The notes below the pieces were generated by a model. The model was not told where the DNA came from and did no database searches. It saw only the letters and a list, made by a program, of their open reading frames with translations. From positions 34,214,213 through 34,278,212 of the forward strand of contig OZ234493.1 in the NCBI GenBank assembly GCA_965153455.1: 64,000 bases of DNA, read 5' to 3'. The position numbers were made by a program, and so were the translations under genes. Each line of letters opens with the position of its first letter. Within the stretch, counting starts at the first letter, position 1. Below are positions 12,649-25,500 of the stretch, in pieces. The DNA is from Sphagnum compactum (taxonomy: Eukaryota).

Positions 12649-15483
12649 TTAGGCTTCTATGTTGGGTGGTGTCTCCTGTTCCAAAAAATATTGATGGTGA
12701 AAATGGCTCCTGATGAGAAGAGAGAAGAACAGACAAACTGTGGTTGCACCCACTCACTAAGTACCCCCATTAACAGGATTAATAAGGCCATATCTTTCAA
12801 GTGGTTAATGATAGTCTTGAATTAGTTAATGTGTGTAAAATGGAGTTGAATATACTTTGAGTTTGTGATATTATTGTCACTGTGTAAATGGGGGTTTTTT
12901 TTGAAAAAAGTTTGTCAAGAAGGGGACTGCCAATCATTCACAAGAGGAATAAGCCAAATTTGGCTACAGATCAGTAGAGAGGCCCGTAGAAATATTTTGA
13001 AATCCTGCCTAGTTTTGGCGACCTGCTGGAACTCATTGTCTAAAAAACTGGCGACTTCTAACTTTTTTTTTTCCCCTCAAAATATGGCAACTTTTGTGTA
13101 TGTTTTCCAAAGAAAACCTTTGAGCAATTAGCACTGGATTTTTTCTTGTCACCAAAGTGCGAGAATTCACCCCAAAAAAAACACTTGCTGGGTATGTGTT
13201 TAAATCATAAGGATGGGTATTAAATGTCTATATAGTTGTAGACATGGATGGATGTAAATTTATCTTGACATGGTGCTACCCTAGATGCATGAAAGGAAAC
13301 CTGAAAGAAACAGCTGTGAAACATCCATGAGGGCTTCCTAGTGAACACTTTTTTGGTTTGTGCCCCTTCTCTTTTGGGGGAGGGTTTGTTTTTGTAACAT
13401 GTGAAGGTAGTGCCTGTCTCACTTGGCTAACTGGCTCACCTGCAACGTGACCTGACTGGTTCCAGTATCCATGTTCTATGGTGCTTTGTGTTTGAGAAAG
13501 AGGAGAGGAAACTTCATACAAAAAAGATGGATGAAGGCAACTAGAAAGGATTCCTTAAAGCAGCAGATGGACCCATATGAGGATTTTATCAAAATACATT
13601 TTCTATTGTGACTTCTTTTTTCTTTTAGTGTGAAAAGTGACAACTTCTTCTTCTACCATCTAGGCAAGTAAAAGGAAACAAAGTTCAACTCAATTGCTCC
13701 AAATAATCCGGTAAGAAAGTATAGTAGTTTTTTTCGTACCCGATGGTTGAACTCATGCCCAACAGTTGCAGTTGACCATAGACTACATATTTTCTCATCC
13801 TTTTGAAATATTCTATTTTCCACATCAAATCTTCAAAATTAATTGGTTATTTGACAAACATGTGTACTCCAGTGATGTCTCTGAATACATGTTTTGTGTG
13901 AAGAACAAGAAGTTGTCACTTTGGGCATTATTGGTGGCACATCAGTAGGCATAATCTTGTAAAGGTGATAGGTGAAGAACACTGGCTGTCTCAGTGCTTA
14001 TCACTGTAGAGCAACAGTGTGAAGGAGGCTTGCTTACATGAGGCAGAGTTTGCTTAGACAGAGCTGAGGTGAAGTAAACCTATGTTTGTAAGTGTAGGGT
14101 TTAGCCCTAGGGTGGGGGCATTCTCAAATAAGGGGTCTAGGACGAGGTGATAGTTGAGTTCAGCCTCGCATTTTGGGAATGTCCCCCACCCATGGACTTC
14201 ACATAAAGCACAAGGCAAAATAAATCTATGAAGCAAGGTAGTTTGTTTGTTTTGTTTTGTTTGTACCAATGAGATCCACTGAACCAGGGTGCTTCAGGGG
14301 TTAATTGTAAAGTTCTTGTGAAAAAACCATTTCTAATTTATGAATTAATTTTCAGAGACGGAAATTCACTCTAAATTCAATTACATATTAACTTTTACTT
14401 GGCTGGCCCAAAAATTGCGAAACAATAAACATGCACACTACACACCACCTTGTTGAGGACATTCGTTCCGCACCCCCTAGTTGGAAGCGTTACAGTGTGG
14501 GCACATCCAAACAAAGAAGAAACACCCTTAAACCCATTTATCCATTGCTTTGCTCCTTTCAATTTCTACAGGTTTGCAATGCTTGTTACAATTTTAAAAG
14601 TGGTCTAAGGGAGTGAAGGGGTTGCACAAATGTTCTAAATACTTCGACTTACTTCAAGTTGAAGTTTCTTCTGCAGCCTCTTAAGAAAAGAAAAAACCAT
14701 CTATTATTACTTTTAAGTCACTAAACAACTACCAAATTCATAGATAAAAGGGTGATTGGTCATACTCGGCTGAAGAGTGAGCTTGAGCTCCCGAGTTTTG
14801 GCAAAAGATTTATGAAATCATTCAAATTTTCATCATTTTGACTACCTGTATCCATTTTTCACATCATTGGGTGTCAAAGCTTTGATGCAATGCCACCTAG
14901 TTTTACCATTTGTCATTCCTGAAACATGTTTTTGAGGTACTCTCCAGCTTGTGATAACACTTTTCTTGCCTCTCTTAACTTGTGATTGTCAATTGACCAA
15001 ACTCTACCAAGATCAAGACCACCACAACCAAGAAAATGTCAGAGTGAACAGTTAGGTCCAATGGAACTTCTTCACAAGCTGGCCTTATTGGGCTCTTTAT
15101 TCTCTCTCTTCAAATTGGGCAGAATCTGCTTGGCTGAAATTTCACCCCGGCAGATTCTGCACCATTAGTCACTCCATGGTGCCATGGAATGAGACTCCCA
15201 CCCCAAGCTGGCTGTAGTGTTTTTCTTTCCTTTTCAATTTTGTGAGGTAGTTGAAGTGGCAATCATTCATACAAAGATGTATTTTGCCCGAATTTGGCTA
15301 TATACAAGATTTGTAAGTTTTTAAAGAAATTAAGCATGTTTATTAACATCGTCAAACCCAACATAAATTGTATGGTGATTAAATTTTTTCAAATTTTCTA
15401 TACATAAATTAATAACTTTTTTTATTAAAAAACTATGACAATACATAATTATATTCTCAGATTGTTATATTTGATTCCACTAC

Positions 15484-16430
15484 CAGTGATGTTTTTCCAA
15501 TTTTGCAAGGTCAAATAATTGGCTTTTCAAAATAAAGTTCAGCAAATTTAGTTTGAAATCAAACTGAAAATAAAAGATTTTTCCAATTTCTTTCTCCAAA
15601 AACAATTTGCAAGATTCCAAAATGTTTTGCCAAAAGAAGAAGTAAACTGATGTGAACCAATAGGTAGCCAAAATAATTATGATAGAAGGATGCATAAATT
15701 CCTTCTCCTTTCAGATGTTGTTTATAGCCACATAATTTGGCTAAATCTTCCTATGGATGATCACCACTTCAGCTAAACAACAAAATTAACCTCAAAAAAC
15801 ACACTAATATTAACAACTTGCAGCCTTTAGTTTATTGGCAATATTTTGAAAGAAGTGAAATTAAAAACTTAAAAATTGCTAAAACGAAGTAAATTTTGAG
15901 ATTAGCAGTTGTCAGAATTAGAAAAACAATTCACTAGATTTCTCTCTACGCGGTTCAAGTAGGTAGCCAAAACTATAGAAGGATATATTTATAGCCACAT
16001 TTGGCTAAATCTTTCCTAAGTCTATGGATGCTCACCACTTTATCTACAACACAAAATTGACCAAACCAAAGCATTGATAACAAGCAGCAGCTTTTATTTT
16101 ACTGGCGACATAGCACAGTCCTAGAAAGTGAAATTAAGAATTTAAATGTGAAAAAGAAAGTAATTTTTGAGATTTTCAGTCTCTAGAGTTAGAAAAGAAA
16201 AGGACCCAAAAAAACAACAACAAAATGCCGGATTTCTCTGTAGATATGGTTCAAGTAGGTAGCCAAAAGGACAGTTCTCAAAGAAGGTTGTTTTCAAAAA
16301 TAAATCAATTGAAAATATCTCAGAAATTTATTGTCAGAAATTTGGCTAAATCTTCCTAAACGGTCTAGATGATCACCAATTTGGCAACATCACAAAATTG
16401 ACCGGGAAAGAATTTTGTTTTAAAACACAC
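15484..16430 (+). mobile_element. Three head-to-tail copies of the CAG...CTG (hAT-like) non-autonomous family
   Basis: The block 'aggtagccaaaa...gaagg...atttggctaaatctt...gatg.tcacca.tt...acaaaatt' recurs three times, with units starting near 15484, 15821 and 16085. Confidence 0.7.
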
Positions 16431-16981
16431 ACAAACACACAAGTGCACATAGCATATAAACAGTTCAAAACCATCAAGCCCAACATTTGCTGTACAGTAC
16501 CAGCTATACTAGGCAAGCTGCAGACTGATGATCAGATCAAAATTAAATTAAATTAAATCTCCTAGGCTCTCTAAATTGGGACTGCCAGGGAATTAATTAA
16601 ACTAATTGTCATCCTAATCTCGTAATTAGAAATGGCTAATTAGCACCATAAATGATAATAAAAATCCAATGACAGACTAATTGTACTCCAATGGAATTAC
16701 ATTGTTAGTATGTACTGGAATCAAGAGAGAAGAATTTTCTTCAAGGGGAAGAAGAAGAAGAAGAAGGCTTCAATGCTGCATGCACAAGATCAAATTAGCA
16801 ACAACAACAGAAGCTGATCTGAAGCTCTGACAATTCAGCAGCTAGTGGAAATTACTAAGATGAATCACGAAGTTTGCAGCTCGTGAAGAAGAAGAAGAAG
16901 AAGAAGAAGCTAGAGATAGATGATCCAGCTGCAGTGATCGATCAGCAGGAGTAGCAGCTGCTCTACCCATCTTCTTCTTCT

Positions 16982-17617
16982 TCATCGTCTGTAGCTCCAT
17001 AAGGACGGCTCAACGAAGGAGGAGTCGTCGTCATCGGAGTCGACTCTAGGACCTGGAGGGTAGATCATGCTGTTCACCCATTCACGCTCAAAAGGGTCGT
17101 CGAATTGGGGGCCCGCATTGCTCCAGCTGCTGCTGCTGCTGTTGTAATAGCTCACATTGTTGGATGGGGTAATTGGCGGTTGCTGCTGGTGGCTGTAGCT
17201 GCTCGTTGGTTCCGTATACGTGATGTCTTCCAGGTCTTCTGTGTCTGCTGTGTCTGATGTGTCTGAGGATTCCGGGGACAAGAAATCGCTGTAACTGAAG
17301 GGACGTCCAACTGATGCAGCAGCAGACGCTGCTGCAGCTGCTTGGATCTCTCGTGTCGTGTAGCGTCCAGGGGTTCCTCGCGGAATGATGGGAGCGTGGT
17401 TCGGGAAATTCAGCTGCGCGTTTCGTCCTTTTATGCACACCAAAGCTGCATCGTAAGCGTGCGCGGCTTCTTCCGCTGAACGGAATGAGCCGAGCCAAAT
17501 GCGAGTTCGTGTCGACGGCTCTCTTATCTCCGATACCCATTTACCCCATCTCCGCATCCGTATCCCTCGGTACTGTCGTTGGGAGCTGCTGCTTCGACTC
17601 TGATACCTGCCTGACAT
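16982..17617 (-). CDS. AP2/ERF transcription factor, DREB-type (group II/III-like), intronless, 211 aa; paralogue of 6401-7105
   Basis: AP2 domain [19 protein letters not shown]...RIWLGSF...AAHAYDAA...LNFP (V14/E19), an [11 protein letters not shown] tract and C-terminal LWSY. Collinear with the first copy throughout. Confidence 0.95.
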   Translation of the reverse strand: MSGRYQSRSSSSQRQYRGIRMRRWGKWVSEIREPSTRTRIWLGSFRSAEEAAHAYDAALVCIKGRNAQLNFPNHAPIIPRGTPGRYTTREIQAAAAASAAASVGRPFSYSDFLSPESSDTSDTADTEDLEDITYTEPTSSYSHQQQPPITPSNNVSYYNSSSSSWSNAGPQFDDPFEREWVNSMIYPPGPRVDSDDDDSSFVEPSLWSYRR

Positions 17618-19407
17618 GATGAATATGTCGAATTCAATTCTCTCGCAAAATCAGTAGCTGTAATCCGAATCTTATTCTCTCTCGATCGGTCTTGAGAATT
17701 TTTGTTTTTGCGGGTGCCGATGTTCGCGAGCTGCTGCTAGCTAGTACACGAGAATGCAGGATTCTGTATCTGTTTCACATTTCATATATACGATGAGAAA
17801 TATTTTCATCTGCATTCAGAATTTGATTTGAAGCTGGACAAAATGACGATTGAATCCAGCAGAATACTAGTAATCGAGTTATTAGAATTCAAGTGCACAG
17901 AACTGGACCACTTCTGCCGCGTTACACAAAACAACAAAGTCCTACTGCAACATTGCAGACGCGCAGCTTGTACAAACAGAGCTCTAGTCAGTAAACTATG
18001 ATCGCAATGTAGCTTCGACTTAGAATCAGCCGCTGATCACGCATAGCTTACAGTACGCAATTATGCGAAAGGCAAAAGATGATTTCTCAACATGATTCAA
18101 TGATCTATTTGCGAAAAACAGACAATTTATAAGTAATCCAAACAGTAGCAGAGGAATTCACAGTTGTAACTTCCATGAAACACAGATCGATCACAGTACA
18201 GGTCCTGTACTAACGGACTAATTACAAATGCAACTCTTGACCAATTCATATGATGAGCCTAAATTATTGCTGCACCACTAGTAGACTGAATATATATATA
18301 TGTATGTATTGTGTGAATCAAAAGTTGGTTCAAGTATGAATTAGTACCAGCTGCAGCGACTAGTTACACGTAGTCTAGAAATTAGTGCAAGCTTTTGTTG
18401 CTTTTACAAAAACTTGGTGGAGTGGAACACCAGCTGCTGCTACTACTACTACTGCTTGCAACAATCTATTGAAGTCTCGATGTATGAGTGCAAGCAGAAA
18501 TAGAAAGCGATCATAAATCAATCCCCACCAGCTGCAGACAGACAGTCAGTGAGTGAGTGAGTGAGTGAGTGTTCTGAGCTCCTCACAGCAGCTAGCTACT
18601 CTTGGAAAGTCAGAGGTATCTAGATATCAGCTAAAAGCCCAGGATCTGTTGGGAAAGCTGAATTTGCAAAGCAGTAGACAAGGGATGATATATATATACA
18701 CAATAGACCTTGGGCCTGGAATTCCCCTGTCAAAGCCGATGATGAAGGCTCCCCCTGCCTTTGGTTGGTTATTACTCGGTTTGGTGTGCCACACAGTACG
18801 CACCGTTTCCGCAGGAGCTACCAATTCTGTACAGCTAGGGTCACCCCCAGCTTACTAGGTGCTATGGAAAATGCTCACAGAAGGAGCCAAAAGCTCCAGG
18901 GCAGCTGCTGCCTTGCCCTGCCCTGCCCTGCCCATGAGCAGCTTTCTTTGCCGTTCTACTGCCAGATGACTTCTGACGCCTACGCACGTTGTTGTTTTTT
19001 TTTTTTTTTGGGGTTTGTTGGGTTAGCAACGCTCTTTTGCTCTTTTACTTACCGCGCTCTTCCTGCTGTTAACGACGCTACCCCTGTTTTGCACTTCCTT
19101 CCAAAGGGAGGAGGAATTCATTGTGTTACCTTACAATACGCGGTTCGTCTAATTAGTGTCTACAAGTGTCAAGGAAAGTTCGGCACAGTGAGAATATACC
19201 CACCCCTCCTCCACCCCCCAACGAAGCAACTAAAAATAAATATGTTTCCCAGTTACTTTCCCCACCCCAACCCTAGTCACCCACCCCCACCTCCCCCGTC
19301 CCCCACACTTTGTGGTTACTACTGTACCAGGGGTTTCTTTTCCAATTTTTGTCAAGTACCTGGACTGGTCATCATCCACTGGCAGATAGAATGGCCCAGG
19401 GAGAATT

Positions 19408-19625
19408 GACCCCCCCACATTGGGATCATGGGTAAAAACCCCAAAACCCATTTAGATTGCTTATAAATATTTGCAAATATCATCTCCATAGACTAAACCA
19501 AATATTTATAAACATCATCTCCATAGACTAAACCAGGGTCCCTGAGTCCAAATCTATAATTTCTGGGCCTAGTATGGCCATTTAAATGGTTTTGGGGTTT
19601 TTACCACGATCCAAATGTGCAGGTC
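19408..19625. mobile_element. Small TIR element with a 4-bp AATT target-site duplication
   Basis: Imperfect TIRs of about 45 bp (GACC...CACATTGGGATCATGGGTAAAAACCCCAAAACCCATTTA / TAAATGGTTTTGGGGTTTTTACCACGATCCAAATGTGCAGGTC), flanked by AATT on both sides. Contains an internal duplication of about 35 bp. Confidence 0.8.
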
Positions 19626-20912
19626 AATTAGCCCCGTCCTGGCCACAGGAATGAGCCACATCTGGAATTTGGATAGAGGTCATACAGTAAAGTAGATTTT
19701 CTTAAGATTCCTGGCCAGTTCTGGTGATCAGTTGGAACTCTGTGCCTTAATATGGCGACATGTGACTTTTTTCCCTCAAAATATGGTGTTGACAAAAAAA
19801 AAACAATCCTTAAAACACATTTGCACTGGGTTTTGTTTTCTGTGGCGACAATGTGAAAATTCGCCACAAAATGGAAAATTTCTACTACAGTACATAAAAT
19901 AATTTCTTTGGGTCTGCAATAATTTCTTTGGGTCTGCAATTTTAGGGTTTTTTTTTTAATAGTTTTTATTTCTCTCTCTTTTTCATGGTAAGTTTACCAG
20001 CATCTAGAAGCATTTCAAAGACAAGTCTCAGGATAGAAACCCCAAAGAATCTTCAGTTGCTTCTAAAGTTAAACACTAAAAATATACCATCCTTTGACTG
20101 AATCAGGGTACCCAAGTTTAAATTTAATGTTTCCCTAGTTGAATATACAGCCTTATTAAAAAAAAGCCTGGCTTAAGAAAGTAAGGACCCCAAAGTCTGT
20201 TGCATTGATTCCAAACACTACATACAAAACCCATCCTTAGACTTAATCAAGGTCTCTACTAACGTCCAAATTTCAAAGCTCCCTTATTAAATATACCTTT
20301 GGAAAGGCCTCCGCCACTAAGGTGAAGGTACCGTGTAGGTCCTAAAGAGTATGTTTGTATGTATGTGTTGAAATTTTGCATCATGGTGAATTTTTTTCAA
20401 AACAGCCCCATCCCCCTCTTCCCCCCCCCCCCCCCCACCAAAAGGCCTGAATGAATTTTTTTTTGAGGTTGTTTTTTGACTTTTTCAAAAAAGAAATTAA
20501 AGAAACATTTTCCTTCTCAGATTTTGTGTGGTCACAGTGAACCAGCACCCCCCCCCCCCCCGCCCCACACCATGAAGGATGGATGGCAAGTGGTCAGGAA
20601 ACAGTTTTCTGTTGGGTTCCAGTTCTGTAGCTAACCATGGTAGTTAGCTCAGTTGGAAGGTTGTTAGTAGGTAGGTAGTAAAAACAGCCCCTTTACCTAT
20701 GTATAAACCATATACTTACTTAGTAGTTACCTATTTTCCTACCTATCTACCTATAAATATGAGACCTATTTCTTCCAGAATTGGTTACCAAGGTTTAACC
20801 AAATATTAACCCAGTTGAGGTTCAGCCACAACTAGTAATAGTGGACATCCGGTGGATGGTGCACTGGTGGATGGTGCTAGTTCACTGTGGCCAGATTTTG
20901 TTGACTTGTGTG

Positions 20913-21210
20913 CAGTGTTTTTATTTATTGGCGAATTTTCGCAAAAATTCGACCTGAAAAATATGATTTCCACAAATACAAAGGATTTTTCATGGGAAAA
21001 ATGGGTCCAAATTCGCCAAATTTCGAAAAAGAAAAAAAAATTCACATGGCCAGATTTCTACAATAAGTTCCAGTAGGTAGCCAAGAACATAGAAGGATCC
21101 TGGTTTTTCATCTACTTTCATATTTGGCATGTAGCCAGAATTGGCTAAATTAGTTTCTGGATGGTCGCCACCTGGGCTACATCACAAAATCCTTTTAAAA
21201 AAAACCCCTG
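20913..21210 (+). mobile_element. hAT-like non-autonomous element (CAG...CTG family)
   Basis: Ends CAGTGTTTTT / AAAACCCCTG. The flanking 8-mers CTTGTGTG and CTTCTGTA match 6/8. Family core blocks are present. Confidence 0.7.
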
Positions 21211-22175
21211 CTTCTGTATGACCTAGAGGTCATTAGATACATCAGGGATCAGGTTTCTAGTTTGCAGTCTGTCTAATATGGCCAATTACTTTTATATCTT
21301 TTTTCGGATACTCGCCATAAAAGGCTACTTTTAAAAACCTTTTTTAAAGAAAACCCCTGACCTGTCACCCCGTGGGTAAGGTCTAGGTCTTTGGGCAGGT
21401 CTTTCAATTTATGAAAAACTTCTGGGTTTCAGTTGTTAAAAAATTGTGGGTATTAACCATTGGGTAGGCATTAGGTTATCAAATACCAAAATCGATAACC
21501 ATATATTATTCTTTCGATAAGTCAGTCATTCAAATATTATAAGGGTCTAATTTTTTTAATTTCTGTTTTTGTAATTTTTATATTAATTTTTAAGGTTGAT
21601 AACAACCTACGTGGATGATAATCAGGTCATCCATCCATGTAAGTTACTAGATTTTTGAAATTTCAATACAATTTAACGGGTCATCAAAAAAAATCAAGAA
21701 CCGGCCAGTAGGTTGTTGGTAACCAACTTGATAACCAGGTTGATAACCCCGGTCAAAACTCAATAACCAGCCAACACGGGTTCTTACTTCATAACCTGCG
21801 AAATCAAGTAGCCCAACACTAGTTCCAGTTCCCATACCATTTAGTGTTAATTTTGAAGTGTTCAAGGGAAAATAAATGGAAAATGAAAAGTGGTTTTGGA
21901 CATTTTCAGTTGCTGGAAGTAAGGGGAAATTTTTTTTTAAAAAGAGTAAAAAATCGCCAGATTTGTATATGTGGTTTTCGTGTGTAGCCAAACAAATAGA
22001 AGGATGATTAAAGAATTTTACTTTATTTCCTGTTTATTGCCACATTTGTTTAAATCTTCCTAGTCATGATCACCACTTTAGCCACAAACTGAAATTCCTA
22101 AAAACAAAACACTGCTGTACGCAGAGTTGAGTATCATAAATTGTGTCATATCAATGTTGGATCACCAATTGAATA

Positions 22176-22302
22176 AACAAGGGGGTGTGTCAAACTGTGG
22201 CCTTGCCATTTACATTAAAAAGTATCTTAATGCAAAAGAAGAAGAATTATATGGAAACTCAAATATTTCACCATGCCAAAGATAATAATAAAAAAAATTA
22301 AA

Positions 22303-22338
<36 letters not shown>

Positions 22339-22512
22339 TCTACAAAGAACCAAAATCCTTCAAGATATTATAACTCTATAACTAATCTCAAGTTCCAACA
22401 AAAGCCAAAATATCATCTTTCAAAAATCCTCATATAAGAATAGACCTATTATTATTACCTAGGTACCAAAATCCCTGAAGATACTATACTCTACAATGAA
22501 TCTAAACACAAT
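22176..22512. repeat. Dispersed repeat paired with 8777-9068, containing an (AT)n microsatellite at 22307-22336
   Basis: Direct alignment with 8777-9068. Confidence 0.85.
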
Positions 22513-25500
22513 CCAATTAATTAATTAATTAAAGGTTTCACTGTGACAAAAAAGTACAGCAAGCATACTTGCCACCAGCATTTTGTTTTTTTGGCGAAAA
22601 ATCGCCAAAAGGCGACACTGCCCAAAAAAAATTCTGGCGAAAATCCCCCCTTTTTTTTTCTTAAAAATCAATTCGCCAGACTGCGACTCTTTTTGAGGAG
22701 CGAGTCGCCACATGTACACTTTGAATGCTCCTGATGACGAAAAGTATCGCCAGTTAGGCGAATTATGACTGAATCTGTGTGGGGATACTCGCCACCACTG
22801 CGCCAAGTAAAAAATGAAAAAAAAAAAATGGACTGCTGGCCACCTTTCCTACAGAAGGGGTGTTTTCTTTTTTCCCAATTGTGTAAACAATAGTGGCGAG
22901 CCTCCTCAGACAGCATTTTGACTTAATTGGCGACTTGTTTTTGAAACGAAAAGAATTTTTGCCAAAAAAATTTAGTCACCCTCTACCACCCCGCCCCCAA
23001 AAGAAGGACTGCTTGTAACACGATTCCAATATAGGCTGATGTTGCAAGTCTGGTTACACAAAACTGGACCAAGGCCACCATAAGAACCAGCCAGAATCCC
23101 AAACCATCCATCCGACATGAGTGTCAGTGAGTCTTCTTACATTTAAATTACTACAAACAATTTGTTGATTTCTTCATACTTTCTTGTGTGGAAAAAAACT
23201 GAAGCTAAAGATCATTTTCACTAATTTCAGCACCTGCCCACCTTCCTCTTATTCAACCCGAGATGGTGTGTGTCATCTAGGGCCACTCAAGAAGCTACAT
23301 TCATCATGCCCTGGCCTTGTAGCCGAGTCAAAAGGCTGCAACTTCTCACTTTTCCAACCTGAAATCTGCTGAACAACCAACCCCATATGACCAATTGGAT
23401 CTAGGGAACAAGTTCAGGGACTCTCTGTCTGGTACATGATATGGTCCATCTAATGTAAACCACTTCCAACATCATCGTCCAAAGTTAAAATTTACCTGTT
23501 GATTCTGATGATGGAATCTGATGCCTTTTTCATCTTGATTCTGATCAGACATGCTTCAAATCTATGTCGCTAAAGATGTCGAAGCAGCATGCGAAACATC
23601 ATTGGCATTCATTGTGGCTTTCAAGACGTTCAAATTTGATGTGGACCTCTTTTCCTTCCTTGTGAGAGCTTGTTTGCCGACGACATGGTCCCATGAATTG
23701 TTGACTCAAATGAAAATTTACTCAATATGCCTTATTCTGTTGGTTTTAGGCACATCTTTCTCAATCTTATGGGATTTACCATTGCCAAACACAATACATA
23801 AAATTATCAACTTACTGATTGTGTTGTTGAATCATGGAGCACAAAATTGTGATTTTTCTTTTATAGTTAAACATGTCATAATTTTAATCTTGTCAAAACT
23901 CTAATCATTTTCATCTCAATTATTTGTTGGGCTTTTATTGAGAGTTTGTTAAAATTACATAAACCAATATTTTCAAGATATTACTATCAGCATGCTTTTT
24001 TTTTGGTGCAATTTTTTTTCCAAAATGAAAATAATAAAACTAAAAACACAACCGACCCCGAGGACAGACCATCTACTAGATCAATCAGCGCCTTTTCGTC
24101 GCGCTCCAGCGAGGCGTTGGGGAGCAATTGATTGCCTGCGAGTGCACCGGCTGAACGTTGGCTTCACAGCTGACACCAACGACGGTTAGTCAACCTACAT
24201 CTAAGATCGGGGCGCCAAAAAACTAAAAAGTGAATATTTTGTGTTGCAACATTTTTTTTCTGAAAAAATCAACAAATCTCCAAATATATATATTTATTTT
24301 ATTTTTATTTTTTCTTTTGCCACATTAAAACTCTATTTTTTCCCATAGAGAAATGCAATTTGTTACAAAATGACACTATCAATCATCTTGTAAGCTACAC
24401 CTAATATTTCCTTTTACCCAAACACATTCCATTCATAGGAGGAATTCTTTTGGGCATCCATAGAAGGTGAAATAGAAGATTAACTAGGTATTGGTAGTTA
24501 GCCTAGGCACAATGAAAACTAAACCATGGGGGTTTTGGGCCCCAAAGGCCATGTCAAGTTAAAAAACACATCCAGTTCGGATATAATTAAGACATTGCAT
24601 GTTAAGAAGATATGTCAAGGTGAAAATGTATTAAAACACAATGTATTAAAACACTCGCTCTTGAATTGAACTTTGACCGTGCTAGAAAGTTCACATGAAA
24701 TTGTTTGTACCGAAAAGTAGTGTTGTGTAGCCCAATAAAAAAAAAAGGGGCAATCAATTAGGCACATATGATACATTATAAATTTTGTATATATATCCAT
24801 GTAAAAGGAGTAGTAGGTCACATGCACCCTACTACTATGACACTTTATTGAGTCAAAAGAGATTGTCAAATGAGAACCCCATAGTATGAATAGGTCATGG
24901 AACAAGTAGTTATTATCATCATGGTACCATTTGCCGACTTGTGTTGATGAAGGAGGAGGAGGCTCTTCTTTTTACGGCTTGACTTTGGGCAAGCAAATAG
25001 AGAGGAGAGTTTAGGTCTGATTCCAGCACCGGGAATTCCCAGTAGACTAGTTTCTTGAACTCCAATGGCCAAGGAAGGAGTCAGCAACAGACAAACCGAT
25101 AACATCGGGAAATGCCTTGCCAAATCCCCGTACCTCTTTCCTTTTGTCCTTCCTTTTGTCCGCCCAAGTCTTTTGAACACTTGAGGTGGTCATTTCGCGA
25201 GAAGCCTCGGATGAGGCTTTTCAGAGAGAACAACGTATGGGCATTCCGTCCATTTTGAAGAACAATTTTTGCTTGCCCTATGTATGGATGGATGGATGGA
25301 CCTGCAGGGCCTCCAGAGACTTCCAGAATTCATATCTGGCCTGTATGTACATTGTACTACGAACAACATTCTTCTTTTGAGTCCTCCTTTTGACCAACAA
25401 AAACTTATACAGTGAATTTATTTTTGTCTCCCCAAAGAAAAATGGCAAAAGAAGGATGATGCTCCCCACTTGGGCAGCTGTCCTAAAAGCTTTCCTTTTA

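Noticed and set aside
18765..19409. 214-aa plus-strand ORF
   Set aside because: It runs through homopolymers, promoter-like DNA and repeat fragments and is not protein-like.
20578..20660. tRNA-like A/B box fragments (TAGCTCAGTTGG; similar hints near 13730-13790)
   Set aside because: No cloverleaf can be built; at most these are decayed SINE heads.
23180..25470. Coding-like composition at about 23180-23900 and 24900-25470
   Set aside because: The frames I read have several stops and no recognisable motif or consistent exon chain; BLASTX would be needed.
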